Assembly (NCBI GenBank): GCA_964549615.1
Contig: CAZJVP010000015.1
Coordinates: 1 to 14,174, forward strand
Direction of reading: 5' to 3'
DNA from: an uncultured Thermococci archaeon
GTDB lineage: Archaea > CAYQAE01 > CAYVLA01
Length of the DNA: 14,174 bases
Positions 6,291-13,060 of this stretch are shown piece by piece. Under the pieces are notes generated by a model that did no database searches, was not told the origin of the DNA, and saw nothing but the letters and a program-made list of their open reading frames with translations. The position numbers and the translations under genes were made by a program. Each line of letters opens with the position of its first letter. Positions within the stretch are counted from its first letter, which is position 1.

Positions 6291-8849
6291 ATGTTGAGCG
6301 TCAGGCATGGGCTTCTCCTTGGGCTCGCCTTGCTTGCCTTTCAGGTCGCGGCCGGTCAACCGAGCCAAGTGCACATGACTTGGCAATCGGATCCGAGATA
6401 CTCGATCACGATAAGCTGGAGGACCTCGTCGGAGCGTCCTAGCGTTGTGGAGTACGGAACCGACGCAAGCTACGGATTCAGGGCGGAGGGGATCCCCGCG
6501 CAGGTTCACCACGTAATGCTGCAGGGCCTAAGGCCTGGGACCCTCTATCACTTCAGATGTGGTTCGGAGGGTGAATGGAGCCAGGACCTCACCTTTCAGA
6601 CCGCGCCGGAGGACGAGAGCCAGGGCTTCACCTTCGTGGCGCTCGGGGACTCGCGGACGAACTGGGACGTCTGGGGCAGGTGCGCCGAGGCGGTTCTCCA
6701 GACCGATCCGGCCTTCGTCCTGCACACGGGCGATCTTGTCGAAAACGGAGGCCAGCAGTCGGAATGGGACATCTGGTTTCTGAAGGCCGAGTCGCTGCTG
6801 AGCAGGAAGGTCATGATGCCGGTCCTCGGCAACCACGAGGGGAACCATCCCAAGTACTACGAACAGTTTGCGCTGCCGAACGTGGAGGACTGGTACTCGT
6901 TCGACTACGGCTGCGTGCACTTCATCGGACTTTCGACCGAGAAGTCGATGACCGGGGCGCAGCGGGCCTGGCTGGAGCAGGATCTTGCCTCGACGAACGC
7001 GACTTGGAAGATCGTCTTCTACCACAGGCCCATGTACAGCTCGGACGGCCATGGCTGCGAGAGACCGGTCTACGAGGCATGGGGGGATCTGCTCGACAAG
7101 TACCACGTCGACTTGGTGTTCAACGGCCATGACCACACGTACGAGAGGACCTATCCGATGTACGGCGACTGGTTGGCTGATTCGCCTGAGAACGGGACGA
7201 TACACATCGTAACGGGGGGTGCTGGCGCGCCGCTTGGCCGTCTGGTGTCCCGGGGGCCGTGGTGCGCGTCGTTCGTGCCTTATTACCACTTCCTCTTGGT
7301 CACGGTCAACCAGACCGACCTAAAGGTCGAGGCAAGGTTCTTCAACCAGACGGTCTTCGACGAGCTGCGAATTTCCAAGGCAAGGCTTCCGGACCTCAGG
7401 GCGGAGTCGGCTGTAACAGTTCCTGCGTTTCCGGTTCCAGGCGTGGACGCCCAGATCATGCTCACCATGGTGAACTCTGGGAAGAGCGCCAGCGGGGAAT
7501 GTGGCGTGGAGATCGCGATCGACGGCGCGTTGCTGTCCGTCGTCCGGCTCGGGCCGATTCCTGCAGGGGGGTCCGTGCCCATTAACCTGGTTTGGCGCCC
7601 GACGATCAGCGGGGTCCACAACCTCACCGTCAGGGTCGACCCTGACGGCGAGGTGGGTGAGGGACTGGGGGAGGCCAACAACGAGATGAGCTTGGCCATC
7701 CTCGTGTCGAGCCCGAAGCCGGACCTCTTGGTGGAGAGCGTCGACAGCAGCGCGCTGATGCCGACCTTGGGCGAGACCATCCGGTTCGTGGTTGATCTGA
7801 AGAACAGAGGCACGGCAGCCTCGGGGCCGTTCGGAGTAGAGGTGCGCCTCAACGACGTCGCCCTGAACCACACCGTCTTGCACCAAGGATTGCAGCCCGG
7901 CGAGACCAGGCGGTTGGACTTTTCGTGGCAGGTTTCTTGGGGCGACTGGAACCTCAGCGTCGTACTGGATCCCGAGGGTCGGGTGGACGAGCTTTTCGAG
8001 GACAACAACGTCATGGACGCGGCTTTCCGGTTCAGGGATCTGTGCAAGTGGGGACCGGCGTACCTGCCGCAGGGCTTCGTCAAGGGCGAGCCCGTCATCA
8101 TATACTACAACACATCCGAGGGACGGATACCCCCCGCCTCCAGCACATGCGTGGTCGTGTGGGGCATGAACGGGTGGAAGAAGCCGCCGGCTCAGTTGGC
8201 GCCGCCGGGGACCACGACGCGGACGATGTTCGAGACCCCCATGCAGAGGGTCTCGGGCGATCTGTGGTTTGCGGTTCTGCCGACCGCGGAGGGCATGGAC
8301 TGGATCGACCTGAAATTCGAGGATCGCCAGATGCTCGCCAAGGTCTTCGACGACAACAACGGCTCCAACTGGATCGTTCCCTGCGCGGATTGGGTAAGGT
8401 CAAGGCTCGACGAGTTCCTGCTAGCCATATCGGACGCAGAGGCCGTGGGCGTTGATGTGGCCGGCTACCGCGCACTGGCCGAACAGGCTAGCCTTACCCT
8501 CTCGGCGGGGCGGCCCACCGAGGCCCTGAAGCTGATCCACGATGCGGTCGATCGATGCCGGTCGGATGAGTGCCGGGCCCTCTTCGAGACGGCGAGTCGC
8601 GAGTACCTTGAGGCCGTGGCGGAGGGATTGGAAATCCCAAGGGCCCAAAGCTACCTGAACGCCGCGAGGGCTCAGATGGAATCTGGCAACTTCTCCGGAT
8701 CCAAGCACTGGAGCCTGCTCGTGCTGGGCCTGATCCAGGAGGCGCGGGCGAAGATCCCGGAAGGTGTTTCCCCCGCGGCCGCCCTGGGGGCTTTGAGTCT
8801 GCTCCTGTGGAGGAAGCGGGCAAGCTGGGGCAGCCGCAGGGAACATTGA
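6291..8849 (+). CDS. Secreted multidomain metallophosphoesterase (purple-acid-phosphatase-like FN3 N-domain + calcineurin-like phosphoesterase + 2 CARDB + CBM-like module + helical stalk + C-terminal anchor)
   Basis: The signal peptide starts at ATG 6291 (MLSVRHGLLLGLALLAFQVAAG). The N-domain has PSQVHMT...ISWRT...VEYG...HHVMLQGLRPGTLYHFRCG. Metal motifs are GDSR, GDLV, GNHE, YHRPMYS and GHDHTYER. The C-terminus is IPE + hydrophobic stretch + RKR. Confidence 0.92.
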   Translation: MLSVRHGLLLGLALLAFQVAAGQPSQVHMTWQSDPRYSITISWRTSSERPSVVEYGTDASYGFRAEGIPAQVHHVMLQGLRPGTLYHFRCGSEGEWSQDLTFQTAPEDESQGFTFVALGDSRTNWDVWGRCAEAVLQTDPAFVLHTGDLVENGGQQSEWDIWFLKAESLLSRKVMMPVLGNHEGNHPKYYEQFALPNVEDWYSFDYGCVHFIGLSTEKSMTGAQRAWLEQDLASTNATWKIVFYHRPMYSSDGHGCERPVYEAWGDLLDKYHVDLVFNGHDHTYERTYPMYGDWLADSPENGTIHIVTGGAGAPLGRLVSRGPWCASFVPYYHFLLVTVNQTDLKVEARFFNQTVFDELRISKARLPDLRAESAVTVPAFPVPGVDAQIMLTMVNSGKSASGECGVEIAIDGALLSVVRLGPIPAGGSVPINLVWRPTISGVHNLTVRVDPDGEVGEGLGEANNEMSLAILVSSPKPDLLVESVDSSALMPTLGETIRFVVDLKNRGTAASGPFGVEVRLNDVALNHTVLHQGLQPGETRRLDFSWQVSWGDWNLSVVLDPEGRVDELFEDNNVMDAAFRFRDLCKWGPAYLPQGFVKGEPVIIYYNTSEGRIPPASSTCVVVWGMNGWKKPPAQLAPPGTTTRTMFETPMQRVSGDLWFAVLPTAEGMDWIDLKFEDRQMLAKVFDDNNGSNWIVPCADWVRSRLDEFLLAISDAEAVGVDVAGYRALAEQASLTLSAGRPTEALKLIHDAVDRCRSDECRALFETASREYLEAVAEGLEIPRAQSYLNAARAQMESGNFSGSKHWSLLVLGLIQEARAKIPEGVSPAAALGALSLLLWRKRASWGSRREH
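7386..8033 (+). repeat. Two tandem CARDB (Ig-like) domains within the phosphoesterase
   Basis: Unit 1 (from 7386): LPDL...VNSG..ASG...W...G..NLTVRVDPDGEVGE...NN. Unit 2 (from 7716): KPDL...KNRG..ASG...W...G..NLSVVLDPEGRVDE..EDNN. Confidence 0.85.
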
Positions 8850-8890
8850 TAACCTCCGCCGACTAGCCGGTAAGCGGTTGGGCGGGAAAC

Positions 8891-9421
8891 ATGGCGCGCC
8901 TCGAGGAAGCAGAGCGGATCTTCAGGCACATCCGCAGGAGATACGACAAGAACCCCGAGGACGAGTGGCGCATACTGGTTGGGCGGGATTCGGCGGGGCG
9001 GCTCACGCAGCTCATCGCGGATTCGACTCACACCTGGCAGATCAAGGGCGAGATGGTCGCTCCCGGAAGGTTTGCCGGGGTCGGCTTGAGGTTGCCGGGA
9101 GTCAGGAGCGAGGATTTGCTTGAGATCGAGGGCCCCTTCTATGGCTGGAGGCCGCTGACCAGAAGCATGGTGATGGAGATCCTGAGGGGTGGCTCCGGCC
9201 CGAGTTTGGAGAGCCTGATATCGATCCCCCGTGCCTCAACGAAGATGGCCACCAAGCTTGCCCTATCCACCGGTGCCCTCATCGAGGGGCCGATAGTCCA
9301 TTCAGCTAGCCCGATCTCGGCGATATCGAGCAAGCAGGAGGATCTTGAAGTCATGTTGAACAGGGGCCTGGACAAGCTCATGCTTAGGAAATTCCCGGAG
9401 ACCCGCTACGCTTATGGTTGA
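8891..9421 (+). CDS. Conserved archaeal hypothetical protein (176 aa)
   Basis: The ORF fills the gap between neighbours and has a clean ATG. The motifs NPEDEWRILVGRD and SSKQEDLE..L...LDKL....FPE....YG recall an uncharacterised euryarchaeal family (from memory, not verified). Confidence 0.8.
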   Translation: MARLEEAERIFRHIRRRYDKNPEDEWRILVGRDSAGRLTQLIADSTHTWQIKGEMVAPGRFAGVGLRLPGVRSEDLLEIEGPFYGWRPLTRSMVMEILRGGSGPSLESLISIPRASTKMATKLALSTGALIEGPIVHSASPISAISSKQEDLEVMLNRGLDKLMLRKFPETRYAYG

Positions 9422-9479
9422 AACCTCGCGGCCCCAGACACGCGTCATACATTTCAATCCCTAATGAGCGTGGGATACG

Positions 9480-10544
9480 TTGAAGAACAAGCATCTGGAC
9501 GTGCGGTCGCTGGACGGGTCTACGGAGGTCTACGCAGCGAGGGAGCGAGGCTACTTCCCAGTAGTTCTGAGGACCGGTCCAAGAGAGGCGGTCGCGGCCA
9601 TCCGGGGAGGCGCGGGACACATCGGGATCCGAGGCAGACTGGAGATCATCCGCACGGCGGACTCGGGCCGGACCTGGTCCCAGCCCGTGGTCGCCGCCCA
9701 GAGCGAGTGGGATGACCGGAACCCGTCGTTGGGCATGGCCTTGGACGGCACGATGGTCCTTGCTTACCACCACCAGGGCAACTATGACGAGAAGGGTGAC
9801 CTAAGAGCGGGCGACAAGGTGGACACCCTGATCCGGACATCGAAAGACTTGGGCAGGACTTGGAGCGAGGCATTCCCACTCAGCTTCACGCCGCTGAGAG
9901 GCCGATCCCCCTATGGCAGGATGCTGAACCTGGGTAAGGACCTCCTGATGCCGATCTACGGGGCTCCCCCTGGAAGGCCTCTGACCGAGCGCTCGGCGAG
10001 CTACATACTTCGGTCAAGGGACGGAAGGACCTGGGGGGACGTCTCCCTGGTGGCGCGGGAGATGAACGAGACCTCCTTGATCTGCCTTCCGGACGGGGAA
10101 CTCCTCGCACTGATGAGGTCCGAGAAGCACCACCCGGACTCGTTGTATTCGGCCCGATCTCCCGACGGCGGCCGGACCTGGTCGGACCCCGTCAGGGTCA
10201 CGGCGGATTCCGAGCATCCAGGCGATGTCATCCTTCTTTCGAACGGTTGGCTTCTCTTGGCCTTCGGGCACAGGCACCCGCCCTTCGGCGTTCAGGGGCT
10301 CGTCAGCACCGACTGGGGCCGGACCTGGGCCGAGGACTTCAGGCTCATCTTCACCGACGACCGGCCGGGCTCCGACTGCGGCTATCCCAGCCTTGCGGTC
10401 TTCGCGGACGGGACCTTGCTGGTGATGTACTACTCGGCCGGGGATCACATGGATTCCCGCAGGCTTGACGGTGCCTTCGCGAAGGCCCTCCTTTTCGATG
10501 AGGACGAGTTGATAGCTGCACTTCGGAAAGGCGGTCTCAAGTAG
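9480..10544 (+). CDS. BNR/Asp-box repeat sialidase-fold (GH33-like) beta-propeller protein, apparently cytoplasmic
   Basis: Five Asp-boxes: TADSGRTW, SKDLGRTW, SRDGRTW, SPDGGRTW and STDWGRTW. It also has DDRNP, NETS, LMRSE and DCGYPS motifs. TTG start; no signal peptide. Confidence 0.9.
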   Translation: MKNKHLDVRSLDGSTEVYAARERGYFPVVLRTGPREAVAAIRGGAGHIGIRGRLEIIRTADSGRTWSQPVVAAQSEWDDRNPSLGMALDGTMVLAYHHQGNYDEKGDLRAGDKVDTLIRTSKDLGRTWSEAFPLSFTPLRGRSPYGRMLNLGKDLLMPIYGAPPGRPLTERSASYILRSRDGRTWGDVSLVAREMNETSLICLPDGELLALMRSEKHHPDSLYSARSPDGGRTWSDPVRVTADSEHPGDVILLSNGWLLLAFGHRHPPFGVQGLVSTDWGRTWAEDFRLIFTDDRPGSDCGYPSLAVFADGTLLVMYYSAGDHMDSRRLDGAFAKALLFDEDELIAALRKGGLK

Positions 10545-10549
10545 CTGGG

Positions 10550-10595
10550 GCATCCCTCGGCGGATGCAAGGCTGGCCCGGATCTGAAGATCGGGC
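10550..10595. terminator. Two adjacent GC hairpins between convergent genes
   Basis: GCATCC-ctcggc-GGATGC (10550..10567) and GCCC-g-GATCT-ga-AGATC-GGGC (10575..10595). There is no U-tract, so terminator function is uncertain. Confidence 0.35.
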
Positions 10596-10596
10596 A

Positions 10597-12681
10597 TCAG
10601 GCAAGGACTATCCTGTTCATCTGCCCGTGGGTGCCTATCTCCTCCATGAGCTCACGGTTATGGGTGACTATGAGGACCTGGGCTACCGTCCGCAACCCCG
10701 CGATCGTCCGAGCAAGGGCACGGACGTTAGCCTCGTCGAGGTACTCGGTCGGTTCGTCCAGTATCAGGAAGCTGGGGACGCGTTGGGCTTCGGATCCCTG
10801 GGGCCCGCCGGGCATCTTCTGCGCAACGTGGGAGAGCGCGATCCGAAGGGCTAGCCCGGCCATCACCCTCTCGCCGACCGATAGCGCCCTCGAGGGAAGC
10901 TGGGCGCCCGACTCCGTCTCGGCGATGACGTCGTAGTCCTGCGTGAGTTCGATGCGTTTGATCATCCCGCCTGAGTAGATGCTGGAAAAGAGGGCCTGGG
11001 TCTCGGCGGCAACAGATGGAAGGATCTTCCTGCGCGCATAGGGCCCGATGTTGTTGAACGCCCATCTGATGTCCCTGATCATCTCAAGCTCTCTTGCCAG
11101 GCGCGCGTGCTTCTCCTCCGCGGCTTTGAGTGCGGCCTTCTTCATCTGCTGTTCGGCCAGCCTCTCCATGAGCACGGGGATCTCCGCCTCCAGCCTCTGC
11201 AGGATCTGTTTGTTGGCAAGGTACCGTCCCTTGGCCTCGGCCAAGGCCTGGTCGGGTCCGGCGGCGGTGGGGACGGTCCTCTCCAGCTCCTGGAGGAGCT
11301 GGGTCTCCCTCTCAAGGGCCTTCTCCAGTTCCCTCTTCTGCTGGACATATGATCCGAGCTCGGCCTCGAGCTCCTCCTTGGATACCTTTAGGCCCGAGTT
11401 CTGCGCCTCGGCGTCCGAGATCTCCTTGGCTAGGTCCTCGAGCTGGGCGCGCAGCCTTGCCGCGCGGGATTTGGAGGCCTCGTCGGATTGCTCGAACCTG
11501 CGGAGATCGATTCTGCGCTTCTCGATGGCCTCTTGGAGTTCCCTGATCTTGGCGTCCAACGCCCTTCGGGTCTCCCTTGCATGCTCGGGGAGGAGTTCGG
11601 ACCCGCATATGGGACAGACCGTCTGCCCCTTTGCCTCCATCTGCGCGAAGGACGTGATGAGGGCCTTGCGGGACTCAAGCTCAGCTTCAAGTCTGAGGAC
11701 CTCGGATTTGAGCTCCTCCAGAACGGCTTGCCCCCTCGCTATCTCCTCGTCCACCCTCGAGATCCTGTCCATGAGTGCCTTCTGCTCGTCCTTCAGCGAG
11801 TCGATCCTTGTCTCCCGGCGCCTCAGCTCGGCTTCGATCTCCAGCAGCCTGTCGTTGAGGGATTCCGTCTTCTGCTCCAGTTGGAGGAGTTGATCCCTCA
11901 TGTTCTGCACTTTCTCGGACTGGGCGGCCTTTGATCGCTCTAGCTGGATGAGGTCCCCTGCAGGTTCGGCCACCCCCGCCAGGGCCCCGAGCTTCTTCTC
12001 CGCCTCACGGATCTCGCCTTCGATCCTGATCTTCTCCTCCATGCGTTGCGAGAGTTCCGAAGAGACGGAGAGAAGGTTGTCCAGCTCGGCCTTCGCCCTG
12101 ATCAGTTCCTCCCTCGCCAAGACGGCCTGCTTCTCCAGGTCGGACTCGGCCTTCCTCAGGTCCCTCCAGGCGTCCTCGAAGACCCCAAAGCCGATCATGC
12201 GGTCGATCTCGCGCTCCCTCTCCTTGCCTGCTTCAAGCAGTGCCCTGATCTCGCCCTGCCTGATGTAGCAGGAATTGCTGTAGGAGCTGTGGCTGAGCCC
12301 CACCAGCCTCAAGATCTCCTCGTCGACCTTGGCCTTTCTGTTTGAGATCTCGACCCCGTCCTTGGTGAGACGGGCGGCGGCCGTTGAGGCACCCGTCTGG
12401 CCCTTGCTGATCTGCCGGAAGACGGTCAGAGCCCTGGTCTGGGAGTCCTCCTGCACGCTGAAGCTCAACGACACGGAGGCAAGGCTTTCGCCCAACCTTA
12501 CGAGAGGCTCAAGGCCAGGACGTCCCGAAACCGAGCCGTAAAAAGCGAACTCGATCGCCTCAAGGATTGAGGTCTTTCCGGAGCCGTTTGGGCCCTGCAG
12601 CACGTTTATCCCGGGTGAGAGATCGATCTCCTTGGCTTTGAAGTTCTTGAAGTTCTGGAGCGAAAGGTGGGTGAGGATCAT
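10597..12681 (-). CDS. rad50: Rad50/SbcC-like SMC-family ATPase with zinc hook (694 aa)
   Basis: N-terminal LQNFKNF, Walker A GPNGSGKTS, Q-loop YIRQGEI, long coiled coils and a central CPICG hook. The C-head has the signature LSVGER, Walker B/D-loop LILDEPTEYLD and H-loop IVTHN. Orthology to canonical Rad50 is uncertain because no mre11 is adjacent. Confidence 0.88.
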   Translation of the reverse strand: MILTHLSLQNFKNFKAKEIDLSPGINVLQGPNGSGKTSILEAIEFAFYGSVSGRPGLEPLVRLGESLASVSLSFSVQEDSQTRALTVFRQISKGQTGASTAAARLTKDGVEISNRKAKVDEEILRLVGLSHSSYSNSCYIRQGEIRALLEAGKEREREIDRMIGFGVFEDAWRDLRKAESDLEKQAVLAREELIRAKAELDNLLSVSSELSQRMEEKIRIEGEIREAEKKLGALAGVAEPAGDLIQLERSKAAQSEKVQNMRDQLLQLEQKTESLNDRLLEIEAELRRRETRIDSLKDEQKALMDRISRVDEEIARGQAVLEELKSEVLRLEAELESRKALITSFAQMEAKGQTVCPICGSELLPEHARETRRALDAKIRELQEAIEKRRIDLRRFEQSDEASKSRAARLRAQLEDLAKEISDAEAQNSGLKVSKEELEAELGSYVQQKRELEKALERETQLLQELERTVPTAAGPDQALAEAKGRYLANKQILQRLEAEIPVLMERLAEQQMKKAALKAAEEKHARLARELEMIRDIRWAFNNIGPYARRKILPSVAAETQALFSSIYSGGMIKRIELTQDYDVIAETESGAQLPSRALSVGERVMAGLALRIALSHVAQKMPGGPQGSEAQRVPSFLILDEPTEYLDEANVRALARTIAGLRTVAQVLIVTHNRELMEEIGTHGQMNRIVLA

Positions 12682-12950
12682 GCCCCCTCCTCTCCCCTCT
12701 TGATGCTCTGCTTCAGCGACTCAAGCAGCTTGTCCTCGATATCCGGTTCCTTCACGTACGGTGGCTTCCTCGGCGTGGGTCCTGCCGTTTCTGCCTCCTT
12801 CCTCTTGGCCTCGCTCTCCATGGCTCCCCTTAGAAGCTTCTTGGCGGCCTCCACGAGGCCGTCAAGCTCCTTGGGCTCGTACTTGGACGAGAAATTCTCC
12901 CTTAGGAAGGACTCCAGAATGGCGTATATGTCCGGGGCTTCCTCGGGCAT
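12678..12950 (-). CDS. Small helical protein (90 aa), translationally coupled to the Rad50-like gene
   Basis: ATG at 12950 (MPEEAPDIYAILESFLRENF...) within ORF 12678..13061, with AGGGAG just upstream and a TATA box about 31 nt upstream. Its TGA overlaps the ATPase ATG (ATGA), and a GAGGAGG SD for the ATPase sits in its last codons. It shows amphipathic helical patterning. Confidence 0.8.
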   Translation of the reverse strand: MPEEAPDIYAILESFLRENFSSKYEPKELDGLVEAAKKLLRGAMESEAKRKEAETAGPTPRKPPYVKEPDIEDKLLESLKQSIKRGEEGA

Positions 12951-12980
12951 GGGCGGCTCCCTAACCTGTGTGTTGTGGGG

Positions 12981-12995
12981 CTTAAAGCCTTTTCC
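12981..12995 (-). promoter_or_regulatory. BRE/TATA promoter of the small-ORF/Rad50-like operon
   Basis: The minus strand reads GGAAAAGGCTTTAAG, a purine-rich BRE followed by TTTAAG. Confidence 0.7.
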
Positions 12996-13060
12996 GGCTT
13001 GTGGTGCTGGGCGCGGGGTGTCTCGGCCTGCGCTCGGCAGTGGGCGGAAAAGCGAGCACA

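Noticed and set aside
6528-8846. Many 100-270 aa alternative-frame and antisense ORFs inside the phosphatase gene
   Set aside because: These are typical of high-GC3 coding sequence; the main frame carries all recognisable domains.
11048-11893. 281-aa Ser-rich plus-strand ORF
   Set aside because: It is the antisense shadow of the Glu/Leu/Lys-rich Rad50 coiled coil.
5081-13038. Shared 12-mer CCTGCGCTCGGC in two intergenic regions (5081..5092 and 13027..13038)
   Set aside because: A 12-nt GC-rich match is expected by chance in 14 kb, and the flanks do not extend it.
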